Source: a virus. From it: a DNA stretch of 64,000 nucleotides. The notes below the pieces were generated by a model, which did not search any database, was not told the DNA's origin, and saw only the letters and a program-made list of their open reading frames with translations. The stretch is from positions 2,767-66,766 of the IMG/VR virus record IMGVR_UViG_3300044695_005266; one strand, given 5' to 3'. Shown here piece after piece: positions 38,874 to 49,130 of the stretch. Each line of letters begins with the position of its first letter. The stretch's first letter is position 1. The position numbers and the translations under genes were made by a program.

Positions 38874-41800
38874 CTTTAAACCTAGAGCCTGTTCTTGATT
38901 TAGAACCGATTGACGATAAAGGTTCTAAGCTGGATTTGGAGCCTATTGACGAATCCCCGAAAGAATCCATAACCCCGTCACAGGATTACGGTGGTGCGGG
39001 GACAGCACCAGCATCCGATCCATATCCCGCACCCCCTGCATGGATGGCTACGCCCGATATTCCGGAAGCACCGCCAGAAGTCGCGCAGCAGGCACGGTAT
39101 GCGCAGGAAATGGCAAGGCATGGAATAGACTCAATTACGCTCGCGTCAAAGTGGGATTGGAGCGATCAATATACACCGGAGCAGAAGTTCTTAGAACAGA
39201 ACAGGCGCAGGGCCGTAGCCTCGATTGAACGGGATGATCTCAAGGAGAAGCTGAAAACCCCTGACCGATTACCGCAGGAACCCTTCAACCCTACATCTGC
39301 GCTCTCACCTGAGTATCGCGCTACGGCACAAACAGAGGGGCGCGTGCGGGAGCTAGATGCGCAGATTTCGGCGTTGTCCGAATCCGCGAAAAGCCCTGCC
39401 GTCTTGGACTACGAGAAACGCGCACGCGACAAGGAGAAGGAGCAGATGGAGCTAGAGCAAATGCGGGAGCGCATTAAAAAAGAGGTCTATGGTGAAGGCC
39501 CGAATCCGGTATTTAGCACAGTTCTCAGGACTGGCGGTGCGCTTGCGGGACAACTTGGTGGTGCGTTCGCGTTTTTCACGGGCAACAAAGAAGATGGGTC
39601 TATCGCGTATAACTTGGCTAATGTAGAAAAGAGCATCCGAGATGCGACTGGCGTTGACGAAAGCACGGCGGGACGGGTTGCCGGGGCAATCGGTGACACG
39701 TTAGGGCTGATTGTCGGCCCGACAGGAAAGAGCGGACTAGCGAGAACGGCTTTCGGATTATCAACGGCAGCAAGGGCGGCGGCTCATGCTTACGGCAACG
39801 CGCTTTCATCTGGCGAAACCAAGGGGCAAGCGCTGAAATCGGCATTGATGACGGCGGTGGAAATGGCGGCGTTTCTTGGGCTGGCTCACAAGGCAAAGGC
39901 CGGGATCACAAGTATCACAGGGTCATTGAAACCCACAGCCGCTCCCGCTGCTTTGGCAGCAGAGGAAATGCTGAAATCGGGTGTAGCGAATATGGCTGCA
40001 AGCGGTGCATTGCGATTCGCGCATGGAGAAGGATTCGCGCCTACACTGGAATCAGCGGTGACGGATTGGACTTTTGCCGCGCATGGCGGGATGAACGCAT
40101 TCGGTCAACGTCGGTCAAGCATTGCGGCTGTTGCAAAGGCTGACGCTATGCGCGGAACTCTGTTTCCAGAGGGGGCTACCGAAGTAAAAACCAGAGATTC
40201 CGTTGTTCATACCGCGACAACCAGCGAATTGTTTTCAGCTTTAGTCAATAGACAAAGCGAACTTGCAAACAAGCCTACTCGCACAAAAGCAGAGGAAAAA
40301 GAACTAAAAGAGCTTGATGCGGTTGATGGAGATCACTTGGCGATCAAGAAGATACTTGATGCCAAAGCGAAAGAGGCAGGGATACAGCGTGTCAGAGATA
40401 CAGACAGGACGGAGTTTGAGCAGGCGATAAAGGAGAAAATTACAGAACTGGAATCCCGCGAACTTGACGGACAGGAGGAAAGGCTATTGGAGACGCTGAA
40501 ATCACAGCCAATAGAAGCCATTGCTACGATGTATGGCAAGAGGTTGTCGGAACCCGTATCCAGCCAAGCAGGGATGCAGCAGCAGCCGATCAACGTGAAT
40601 GTTTCACCTGCACCCGCTGCACCAACTGCTGCAAAACCAGCAGAAGCGATACGGGTTGATCTTGGTGATTCTGCTATTGCTGAGATAAATCCAGCGACAG
40701 CGGAAATAAGGTATTCATCCACAGCCGATCCGAATGCGTTTGGAAGATTGGAAACCAGCGAGGGTCTAAATGGTGAGATTATTGTAGAGAATCATCATTT
40801 GGATGAAGGATTGCGCGGAAAAGGATTCGGAGGAAAAGCCATACAGAAATTACAGGAAATAACAGGGAGAACAATTATTTCCGATGAGCGTCCATCGGCT
40901 AACGCAAGGGCGATGTGGGACAGGCTTGGAGCAAAGCGGGAGCGCGTTAAATTGACGGAGGACGAAAGCCAGATGCGCTATGTTCTTCGTCCCGAAAAAC
41001 CAGCATCACCCGCACCCGAAAACCTTCCGCCAAAAGTTGAAACCGCAATCCGCGAAGGCACAGCAACCCCGGATCAGCTTCAAAGCGCAACCGAGCAACC
41101 CTTGCTATTCGACACACCAAAGCAGAAGCGGGATGCGTTTGTGCTGCGCGATGCTTTGCGGCAGAAGATTGACGAGGTTGAAGCTGGCGAATACAGCGAG
41201 AACCAGGACAGGAATCACGCGAGACTCACGGAAATGTTGGGTAAAGTGGAAAAGCAGATCGCGGATAATGCGAAGCCAGCGGATAAACCGGATGTGGTGG
41301 AGGCTGTGCCGGAATCGGCTGAACCCGCTGCCGAGGTTAGGGGTTCTGTATTTGAAACTACCGTAAGAACGCATGAGGGAGAGGCAAAAAAGATGTTTGC
41401 CGTTCAGCGCGGCGAAAATCGAGGCATGGGAGATAGGGTTTTCAATACACGGGAGCAGGCAGAAGCGTTCTCCAAAGAGCAGGAAGCGGACATAAAGCGT
41501 GCTGCCGACAAGAAGATAGCTATCGAAAAAGAAGCAGCCGATAAAGCGAGGGCAGAGGCTGAAAGACCTAGAACCGATATAGAGATTTACACCGACGGTA
41601 TGCCGCCAATGCAGCGCGGAAAGATTTCCGCAACGCTGTCTGAATACGGAGGAAAGAGGGCTGGCGGAAAGACGTATGACGGGACAAGGGCGCAAGTAAC
41701 CAAGCAGTTATTAGAGGCTGGCTATGTCCCGAAATCGGTTGAGGTTTCTGCCGTTAAGGAGTTGTCCGGCAATCGCATGAACAAGATGGATCAGCGCGAG

Positions 41801-44800
41801 CAAGATGCGTATGAAGCCAAAAGAAAAAAGGCAGGAACGAAAACCGAGTATAGGCTTGAAAAGGGCGATGGAGATAGCGTTTTTACTGTCACAAAAGCAG
41901 AGCATGATTATGCGGTTCATCTAAAGAGCAAGGAACCAACTGCTGAAAAACCAGCATCACCTGCAAAAGCGGAACCCGCACCCGTTGCGAAGGATGTGCC
42001 AGCCAAGGCGGAAGAACAAAAGTTTAGATACTACGCCGAAGTAAAGAAGTCTCAAATGCCGCTCATAGAAGATGCGGAAACTGGCATAAAAAAGAGATAC
42101 GAAGATGCAGTTGGAAAGAAACTCACGGGCGACGAGGTTTTCAATTTAGCGACTCGCATTGCCGATTCAATCGAATCCACTGGAAAGAAATCTCCGCACA
42201 TTCAAGACCTACTGGACTCGGCTACGGATCAGCAAATCAAACGGGCATACGAATCTCTGAATAAGCAAGCAGAACCCGCACCCGTGCTACGCAAGGGGGA
42301 GAATCAGGGTGACTTGCTCAAGGGAAGATCGGATGACGCTTTCAACCTAGTAGGCGAAAAGCAGGCTGAACCTAAACCAGCGGAACCCGCAGGCCCGACA
42401 AAGGAGAAAATGGCAGATGCCGCGATGCGGGCTTACGGTAGCTACGAGAGGGCTATCGAATCGCTCAAGGTGCAGATGGAGGGCAAAATATCGGCAGAAT
42501 CGAAGCAGCGGGTCAAGATAACCATCAACGAACTAGAGCGCAGACGAGATAACGAATTACGCGCCGAAATGGAGAAGGAGCAGATGGACGCTGTTCGTGA
42601 ACAGGAAGATAGTGGCGGCAACGAACTACTGTCCGTTATCAGGAAGCTAGGCGGGTTGCCGTTGATCGGGAAAGAGACGGTGCTAGGTGGCGAGTTTAAG
42701 CGTGTTTTCGAGATGCCGCGAGGCAAGCATCTGCGCATGAAGTGGACGAGCAAGATGCAAGGCAAGTCGCTGGATGCCATTCGCCAGGAGTTGGAGGGGC
42801 ATGGGTTCTACTTTGAAACGCCAGCGGAGATGCTAGAAGCAATCGGTAGGGCGATGCGCGGTGAACGGATTGTCGGTAGCGAGAAGCCGATGGAGGGTGG
42901 ACAGGAGGATTTCTTCAATCGTCAATCCATATCCGACAAAGCTCCGGCATCCCCGATGCACGTTAATGCGGTGCAACGTATCGCCACTACGCTGATAGCC
43001 AGGTTCAAGGGTGCTGCCAAGACTACGGTTGTAGCTGATGGAGAGCAGTTGCCGGAAGCCGTGAAAGCCAAAGCGCGGGAGCAGGGCATTGCTTTGAATC
43101 GCATTGGCGGGGCTGTGCATGACGGCAAGGTGTATCTGAACGCCGCTGGACTTGAATCGCCTAAACGTGCTGCCGAGATATTCTTTCACGAACAAGCGGG
43201 TCATATGGGCGTTGACGGGCTGCTGGATGGCATATCGGCTAAGAGTTCATCGCGGCTGATGGAGGTATTAAAGCGCGAGTTTCCGGCTGAATCGAAGTAT
43301 GTCGCTGAACGCTACGTCGAGGGCGAGCATCTGGCGGAAACGCTTGCTCGTATCATGGAGAAGTTCGGGCCGGAATCCGATGCAACCCCGCAAGCGCAAT
43401 CGCGCTATCGCAGAGTTGTGGATTTCATTCGCACGATTCTCGCAAAATCCGGCATCAAGAATTGGAGCAAAAACGACATCGAAGCCCTGTTGCGCCGTGG
43501 CATTGAAAAGGTTCGCAGGGGTGAAGGGAAGGCGGATAAGGGGGATACGAAGCTGAGCATTGAAGATGAAGAATATACACTTTCGGGCGACCTAAACGAT
43601 CCATACACAAAACGAGAAATTGTTGCAGAAAAAAAGCGAATCGCAGAAAAGTCAGACAAGGAACTACTTGAAAGCATACAAGGGCAAGCCGCTCTATTTA
43701 AGCTAAGGAGTCAGGACTTAAAGGCAGGAAGCGAAGTTGTATTTCCTGCGTCAACTTCCGTTACGCCATTTACGAGAGCAAGGATGGGACTGCATTACGA
43801 AGAAGCCATGAGGAGGGGGCTGGATGTGCCGCAATCCAGTGGATTAAACAAATACATCGGATTCAAAGAGCAGGGCATGGACAGAATCGGAGGTTCGCGG
43901 GACAACATCCGTTTCGCTATTAACGATGAACCCGGTGGTCGTTCTGCATGGGAAGCCAAGCGCGATGCCTTCCGTAAGAACAAGGAAAAGACAAAAGAGG
44001 ATGACTTGTTTGCCGCTGCGCCAAAAGCGGAACCGATCCTCATGTCGAGCAAGAACGCCTTTCAAGCGGAAGAAGCGCGGAAGCGCGGCGAATCACCGAT
44101 TGAATCGGACTTCTACCGCTCAAATCCAGAGGTAGCCGAAGCAGCGCGTGTAGCGATGGACAAGAACCCTGATGCCGTGGATACGGTGATTAGGCATCTG
44201 CTAGAGGAAGGGCGGGACACGCGCAAAATCTCCATACAGGAAGAAGCGATGTTGGTTCATCGCGGGTTCGATCTGAAACGTCAGGTTGCGGGGGCTGAAC
44301 GGATGATTGAAAACAAAAACAGCACACCAGCGCAAAAGGCAATGGCCGAGGACAGTATTATAGATGCACAGACGAAGATGATTGAGCTTGCAACTGCCAT
44401 GCACGCATCAGGCGAGGTATGGGGCGCGTTCGGTTCATTCCGTCAGCGGATATTCCAAGATGACTTTTCTCCGGCTTCGATGGTGCGCAAGCTGGAAAAG
44501 GCGAAGAACGATAAGTTGACCGATGCAGAAATTGCAGAGGTCGAGATTGAGGCGAAGAACATTGAGATGATTCGCGTTGATTTTGAAAAGGCGGAAAGGG
44601 CTGCCGTGGACATTCAGCGGGACGATGCCGCACAGGATGCGTTCGACAAAGCCTCTAGGTATCATCCGAAGGTGCTGGAATATGCAGAGGGTATCGTTGC
44701 CAAGTGGGAAGCGGAAGCCGTGAAAGCGCGGAAAGATTTACGCGAGGCAATGGGTATGGTGTCTGCCAACCCGCTATCGCTCAAGGTTGCCGCTGCCTTG

Positions 44801-47773
44801 TTCAAGATTGCGCGGGCTAAGATTGCTCGCGGATCGCTGAACGCCGCTGAGTTCACAGCGGAAATGGTTGCTGAGTTCGGTGATTCGGTGAAAACAGCAA
44901 TACAACCTGCATGGGATCAAGCGATGAAGGCTATCGGCAAGCTGGATGCGAATAAGGAGCGCAAGAAAACACCGAAGCAGAAGAAAGCAGAGAAAACCGC
45001 AATGGACGAAGCGGAATCCATCGAGGACGGTATCAAGGCTGTTGCGAAAGACCCGAAATCGCTGAATGACGGCTTTGACTCATACGTGAAGAAGCTGGCG
45101 AACGAGTATGTTCGGATGGGCGAAACCACTGTTGCCGGGGTAATCGCCAAGCTGCACAAGTTTTTCGATCCAATGCTGCCGGGCTTGACCGACAATGCTT
45201 TGAAGGAGGCATGGACAAAGTTCGGCAAAGGTAAAGAGGCTACAACCGATCCAACGAAGATGCTGCAAAGCCAGCTGCGCTACGAAGCGTTGTTGGAGCG
45301 CAAGATTTCCGATTTAGAGAAGCTGAAAAGCCCACCGCGCACCGCCAATGAGCGCGTGAAACAGACGGAACGAGCAGGGCGATTGCTGGCAGAGATCGCG
45401 GAACTCAAGAAGAAGCTACCGCCTGATGAGGGCAATGCCGCTGGACGGCTGCAATCCTCACTGGATGCGATGGAGACTCGCGTTCGTAACCGCATCGCGG
45501 AACTGCGCTACGAGATCGCTAAGGGCGAACGCACGCTGAAACAAAAGGGTGTGCCGCCGACAAGCCCAAATCTGGAAGCCTTACGCGCTGAACTCGCGGA
45601 AGTGGATGCGGCTCATCTTGCGGTGTTTGGCAAGCGTCAGATGACCGAGGAACAGAGGCAAAAAGCTGCAATCCGCTTGGCTGAACATTTGGAGAAAAAG
45701 GCTATGGCGGAACTCGCCAACGCCAAGAAGGGTATCTTCGCGCAACCTGCTGCAAAAGGAGTCAGCCGATTCGTTGAGGTTGAGGCGATACGCAAAAGGG
45801 CGGAAGCTGCGCGGGCTGAGACGAAGGCGTTGAAGGGAATGGATGCGGCGATACAGGAGGCGAAGAAAACTGCTGCCTTGGAGTCTGAAATCAAGAAGTT
45901 GGAATCCACGCTTGCCGAAGGAAAGTTTGCGCCGAAGGAAAAGGAATCCGATCCTACCGTGGAGACGGAAGCCGTCACAAACCTGCGAGCCAAACGGGAT
46001 GCACTCGCTGCTGAACTGGCAGAGAAGCGCAAGGCTGCGCGTCCTGTGCCAGATGCGGAGTTGCGGGAGTTAAATCGGCTGGAAAGCGAACTAGCATCGC
46101 TGATGGTCGGCAGGGCTAAACCGCAGAAGAAGATGACAGTGGACACGGAGCAACAGGCGTTCGCACGGGAGCAGCTTGCAGCTAAACGCGCTGAACTGGC
46201 AGAGATTCGGGCTAACGATGATATGCTCAAGATCGCCAACAGGAAAGCGGCAATCCTTCGCCAAATGGCAGACCTGGCGGATCGCACGGCTCGCGGTGAC
46301 TTTGAACCGCGCAAGAAAAAGCCCGCACTCGATATATCCAAAGACCCGGATACGATGAGACTAGCGGCAGAGCTAACAAAGAAAAAAGCTGATTTCGCAA
46401 GGCGCGTAGAGAAATACAGACTAGCGAATCTGACATCCGTGCAGCGCGGGCTTATCAATCTCGGTAAGACTTGGGATGCTACCCGCAACCTTTTCCTCTC
46501 ATTCGATTTCAGCGCATTCCTACAAACGGCAGCGGCGGCGGCAGCGCACCCGTTGGAAGCCGGGAAAGCACTTGGTAAAGGAGTCAAGGCGTTTGCCTTC
46601 ACTCTGTTCTCAGATCGTTACGCGCATGAGTTACAAGAGCGGGCGCGTCAGGAGCCGTTATACAAGAACGGAACATTCAAGAAGATGGGGCTGGAAATCA
46701 GCGAGACGATGGGCGAAGCGCGGGAAGAAAATATGGTGAACGTGTTGGAGCGATTAGCTGACGTTCAGACGCGCTGGAAGGATATGCCGGAAGCCGTGAA
46801 GAAGCTGATCGGGATGCGCGGTGTTCGGAATATCGTTAGCGGGCCAATGGATATGTTGAAGTATGCTGGTTGGAGAAGCGGCATCGGGCGCGGACTCAAG
46901 GCGAGCAATGTAGCGTTCGGTGCTATCGCTGGTCACATGAGGCTGGTTGTAGCAAAGTCGCTTCTGCGCCGTTGGTTTCCGGACGGAAACGCGACAGACG
47001 CACAGCTTAAACTGCTTGGGAAATTGGCGAATACCTTCTCAGGAAAAGGCGGAATCAAGAACGGTGGTGCGCTGAATCGGATTTTCTTTGCGCCTAATTA
47101 TTACCTCTCAATTATGAAGGGGCTTTCTGCATGGGATATGAGGGAAGCGGCTATCGCTGGCGAAGGAAAGGTGGTGGCGGCTATGGCGGAAGAATACGTT
47201 CGCGCAATCGCTACTATCGTTACCGTTGGCAGCATCGCGTATCTACTCGGAGACAGGAATGAGCAGGACATCAATCCGCTGGATAGCGATTTCGGCAAGT
47301 TCGTCGGCAAGCACGGCACTCGGACAGACCTATCAATGGGGCGCGGGGCTTACGTCACGCAGGCTGCGAGATACCTTACTGGCTATACGAAAGAGGATGG
47401 AAAATATGTCAAGCGCGACAGGAATACAGGGCTTGCGCTGTTCCTCGCTGGAAGGTTTAGCCGTGAAATCAAAATGGCTACGGCTATCCTGGACGGGAAA
47501 TCCTACGACAAAAAGCTGGAAGGGCCGTTGGATTACTTAAAAGAGTCGTCGCTTCCGCTCGCTTGGCGTGATCTCGATAAGGTGCTGGAAAAAGAGGGCA
47601 TCACCCGTGGCGCATTTCTGCAAATGCTCAATCTTCTCGGCATCACTTCTCGCATCAAAGACGAGAAAAAGAGCAGCGGATCAATCAACAACATGGACAG
47701 CAAAATAAAACGAGAGATTACAGGTGAAATCGGCCTTGGCAAAGGCTCAATACTTCGTCAAAGGGTTGATTGA
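38870..47773 (+). CDS. Second giant polyvalent ejection protein (2967 aa) with GNAT and zincin-like domains
   Basis: LDLEPID N-terminal repeats; LRGKGFGGK..SANARAMWDRLG (GNAT, ~40800); FFHEQAGH..EHLAE (~43180); long coiled coils. Confidence 0.8.
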   Translation: MTLNLEPVLDLEPIDDKGSKLDLEPIDESPKESITPSQDYGGAGTAPASDPYPAPPAWMATPDIPEAPPEVAQQARYAQEMARHGIDSITLASKWDWSDQYTPEQKFLEQNRRRAVASIERDDLKEKLKTPDRLPQEPFNPTSALSPEYRATAQTEGRVRELDAQISALSESAKSPAVLDYEKRARDKEKEQMELEQMRERIKKEVYGEGPNPVFSTVLRTGGALAGQLGGAFAFFTGNKEDGSIAYNLANVEKSIRDATGVDESTAGRVAGAIGDTLGLIVGPTGKSGLARTAFGLSTAARAAAHAYGNALSSGETKGQALKSALMTAVEMAAFLGLAHKAKAGITSITGSLKPTAAPAALAAEEMLKSGVANMAASGALRFAHGEGFAPTLESAVTDWTFAAHGGMNAFGQRRSSIAAVAKADAMRGTLFPEGATEVKTRDSVVHTATTSELFSALVNRQSELANKPTRTKAEEKELKELDAVDGDHLAIKKILDAKAKEAGIQRVRDTDRTEFEQAIKEKITELESRELDGQEERLLETLKSQPIEAIATMYGKRLSEPVSSQAGMQQQPINVNVSPAPAAPTAAKPAEAIRVDLGDSAIAEINPATAEIRYSSTADPNAFGRLETSEGLNGEIIVENHHLDEGLRGKGFGGKAIQKLQEITGRTIISDERPSANARAMWDRLGAKRERVKLTEDESQMRYVLRPEKPASPAPENLPPKVETAIREGTATPDQLQSATEQPLLFDTPKQKRDAFVLRDALRQKIDEVEAGEYSENQDRNHARLTEMLGKVEKQIADNAKPADKPDVVEAVPESAEPAAEVRGSVFETTVRTHEGEAKKMFAVQRGENRGMGDRVFNTREQAEAFSKEQEADIKRAADKKIAIEKEAADKARAEAERPRTDIEIYTDGMPPMQRGKISATLSEYGGKRAGGKTYDGTRAQVTKQLLEAGYVPKSVEVSAVKELSGNRMNKMDQREQDAYEAKRKKAGTKTEYRLEKGDGDSVFTVTKAEHDYAVHLKSKEPTAEKPASPAKAEPAPVAKDVPAKAEEQKFRYYAEVKKSQMPLIEDAETGIKKRYEDAVGKKLTGDEVFNLATRIADSIESTGKKSPHIQDLLDSATDQQIKRAYESLNKQAEPAPVLRKGENQGDLLKGRSDDAFNLVGEKQAEPKPAEPAGPTKEKMADAAMRAYGSYERAIESLKVQMEGKISAESKQRVKITINELERRRDNELRAEMEKEQMDAVREQEDSGGNELLSVIRKLGGLPLIGKETVLGGEFKRVFEMPRGKHLRMKWTSKMQGKSLDAIRQELEGHGFYFETPAEMLEAIGRAMRGERIVGSEKPMEGGQEDFFNRQSISDKAPASPMHVNAVQRIATTLIARFKGAAKTTVVADGEQLPEAVKAKAREQGIALNRIGGAVHDGKVYLNAAGLESPKRAAEIFFHEQAGHMGVDGLLDGISAKSSSRLMEVLKREFPAESKYVAERYVEGEHLAETLARIMEKFGPESDATPQAQSRYRRVVDFIRTILAKSGIKNWSKNDIEALLRRGIEKVRRGEGKADKGDTKLSIEDEEYTLSGDLNDPYTKREIVAEKKRIAEKSDKELLESIQGQAALFKLRSQDLKAGSEVVFPASTSVTPFTRARMGLHYEEAMRRGLDVPQSSGLNKYIGFKEQGMDRIGGSRDNIRFAINDEPGGRSAWEAKRDAFRKNKEKTKEDDLFAAAPKAEPILMSSKNAFQAEEARKRGESPIESDFYRSNPEVAEAARVAMDKNPDAVDTVIRHLLEEGRDTRKISIQEEAMLVHRGFDLKRQVAGAERMIENKNSTPAQKAMAEDSIIDAQTKMIELATAMHASGEVWGAFGSFRQRIFQDDFSPASMVRKLEKAKNDKLTDAEIAEVEIEAKNIEMIRVDFEKAERAAVDIQRDDAAQDAFDKASRYHPKVLEYAEGIVAKWEAEAVKARKDLREAMGMVSANPLSLKVAAALFKIARAKIARGSLNAAEFTAEMVAEFGDSVKTAIQPAWDQAMKAIGKLDANKERKKTPKQKKAEKTAMDEAESIEDGIKAVAKDPKSLNDGFDSYVKKLANEYVRMGETTVAGVIAKLHKFFDPMLPGLTDNALKEAWTKFGKGKEATTDPTKMLQSQLRYEALLERKISDLEKLKSPPRTANERVKQTERAGRLLAEIAELKKKLPPDEGNAAGRLQSSLDAMETRVRNRIAELRYEIAKGERTLKQKGVPPTSPNLEALRAELAEVDAAHLAVFGKRQMTEEQRQKAAIRLAEHLEKKAMAELANAKKGIFAQPAAKGVSRFVEVEAIRKRAEAARAETKALKGMDAAIQEAKKTAALESEIKKLESTLAEGKFAPKEKESDPTVETEAVTNLRAKRDALAAELAEKRKAARPVPDAELRELNRLESELASLMVGRAKPQKKMTVDTEQQAFAREQLAAKRAELAEIRANDDMLKIANRKAAILRQMADLADRTARGDFEPRKKKPALDISKDPDTMRLAAELTKKKADFARRVEKYRLANLTSVQRGLINLGKTWDATRNLFLSFDFSAFLQTAAAAAAHPLEAGKALGKGVKAFAFTLFSDRYAHELQERARQEPLYKNGTFKKMGLEISETMGEAREENMVNVLERLADVQTRWKDMPEAVKKLIGMRGVRNIVSGPMDMLKYAGWRSGIGRGLKASNVAFGAIAGHMRLVVAKSLLRRWFPDGNATDAQLKLLGKLANTFSGKGGIKNGGALNRIFFAPNYYLSIMKGLSAWDMREAAIAGEGKVVAAMAEEYVRAIATIVTVGSIAYLLGDRNEQDINPLDSDFGKFVGKHGTRTDLSMGRGAYVTQAARYLTGYTKEDGKYVKRDRNTGLALFLAGRFSREIKMATAILDGKSYDKKLEGPLDYLKESSLPLAWRDLDKVLEKEGITRGAFLQMLNLLGITSRIKDEKKSSGSINNMDSKIKREITGEIGLGKGSILRQRVD

Positions 47774-47831
47774 TATACCCGATTATCAAGGTATCGTTAT
47801 TAAGTTTTTAAGTCTTTTTGCATTTTTCCTA

Positions 47832-47861
47832 TTGACGAGATTTCGGGGTTCTGCTTTAAGT
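47832..47861 (+). promoter_or_regulatory. Sigma70-like promoter for the replication operon
   Basis: TTGACG-17 nt-TTTAAG(T) with an AT-rich upstream tract, ~8 nt before the GTG (near-leaderless). Confidence 0.5.
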
Positions 47862-47868
47862 GGAATCC

Positions 47869-48024
47869 GTGAAAACGACTGACAAAAAACCGAAGGAAAA
47901 AGAGGTCAATAAGACCCTCAACATTGATGCTTCCCTGCATCAGCGTATCCGCATTGCGGCTGCGCAAGAGGGGACATCTATCAAGCAATGGATCAAGTTC
48001 GCCTTGGAAGCGATGCTGCCATGA
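47869..48024 (+). CDS. Ribbon-helix-helix (Arc/HicB-like) regulator (51 aa)
   Basis: Hand-translated ...KTLNIDASLHQRIRIAAAQEGTSIKQWIKFALE. Confidence 0.8.
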   Translation: MKTTDKKPKEKEVNKTLNIDASLHQRIRIAAAQEGTSIKQWIKFALEAMLP

Positions 48025-48158
48025 AAACCGTTGAACAGCTAGCCCGCGAAGCTAATCAAGCACTCGCGCAATACCGCCGAGTGCGCAACATCACAACCCT
48101 GCTTCTGATAGCCGTTATCCTTAGCGGCATCATGGTGGCAATCATCTACTCACTATGA
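48021..48158 (+). CDS. Small single-TM protein (45 aa)
   Basis: Hand-translated; ATGA coupling at both ends. Confidence 0.6.
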   Translation: MKTVEQLAREANQALAQYRRVRNITTLLLIAVILSGIMVAIIYSL

Positions 48159-48370
48159 ACGATCCGCATCAAGCTGCTGCCGATGAAGTGTGGAACGCAT
48201 TTCCTCCTGATCTGGCGAAAAAAATGAACTACGACGATTTCAGCATTGGATTCAAGCTAGGTCGTGTCTCGATGAAAGCCTGCTACGACAAAGCTGAACT
48301 CCTGCAACCCGGCGACGAGCCGAAACCCTTTAACCCAAACAACACAACAACAACCAAAACACAACAATGA
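48155..48370 (+). CDS. Hypothetical protein
   Basis: 71-aa coupled ORF. Confidence 0.55.
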   Translation: MNDPHQAAADEVWNAFPPDLAKKMNYDDFSIGFKLGRVSMKACYDKAELLQPGDEPKPFNPNNTTTTKTQQ

Positions 48371-48951
48371 GCAACCTAGTATTACGTAACGTCAGACTGA
48401 GCTTCCCTGCAATCTGGAAGCCGAAAGCCGCGCAAGGTGGCGGCACACCCAAGTTCAGCGCATCCCTGCTGCTGGACAAAGCAACCAACGCCAAGGACAT
48501 TGCCGCCGTCAAAGCTGCAATGACGGAAGTCGGCAAAGCCAAATGGCCTACCGGAATCCCCAAGGGCTGCACCCCCTGTCTCAAGGAAGGCAACAGCAAA
48601 GACTATGACGGCTACGACGACAGTAATATGTTCGTCTCCGCTTCATCCGACAAACGCCCCGTGATCGTGGACACTGATCCAACGGTTGCGCTGGTCGAGG
48701 AAGATGGGAAACCGTATGCCGGATGCGTCATCAACGCCAGTATCCGCCTGTGGGCACAAGATAATCAGTTCGGCAAAAGGATAAACGCCCAACTCACGGG
48801 CATCCAGTTTGTCGAGGATGGCGAGGCGTTCGGTGACGCACCACTCAATCCGGTGGATGTGTTCGGCGCGGTTGAGGGGAAGCCCTCTGCCAAGTCCACT
48901 CCAAAACCCGAAGCAACAACTGCTACTGCTGACGACGACATTCCTTGGTAG
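48367..48951 (+). CDS. ssDNA-binding protein (DUF2815 / T7 gp2.5-like)
   Basis: NVRLSFP, YAGC..NASI.LWAQDNQFGKRIN.L.GIQF..DGE.FG, acidic DDIPW tail. Confidence 0.9.
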   Translation: MSNLVLRNVRLSFPAIWKPKAAQGGGTPKFSASLLLDKATNAKDIAAVKAAMTEVGKAKWPTGIPKGCTPCLKEGNSKDYDGYDDSNMFVSASSDKRPVIVDTDPTVALVEEDGKPYAGCVINASIRLWAQDNQFGKRINAQLTGIQFVEDGEAFGDAPLNPVDVFGAVEGKPSAKSTPKPEATTATADDDIPW

Positions 48952-48964
48952 CAGCAACAACACT

Positions 48965-49118
48965 TTAGCGGGGTTGGACTCGCTGAACGGGCTAACTCGG
49001 CCTGCATACCCGAAGAGGGACAGAGTGACGGCGGGATAGACCGCATACGGAAACGTCAGCCGGGCATAACGGGTAGCAACCGTAGGCTATGGGCGTGACA
49101 GCAGGAGAGACTGCACAA
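48965..49118 (+). ncRNA. Putative structured RNA with two copies of a 21-nt hairpin motif
   Basis: GTGACGGCGGGATAGACCGCA (49025) and GTGACAGCAGGAGAGACTGCA (49095) show a compensatory stem change; several extra hairpins. Confidence 0.5.
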
Positions 49119-49130
49119 CTTTTACATATT

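Noticed and set aside
45637-46602. Long antisense ORFs opposite the giant genes (also 6773-7714, 24872-25636)
   Set aside because: Ser/Phe/Leu-rich mirror translations of biased coding sequence with no motifs.
48965-49118. tRNA gene
   Set aside because: No TTCGA T-loop, cloverleaf or acceptor stem found here or at 1101-1207.
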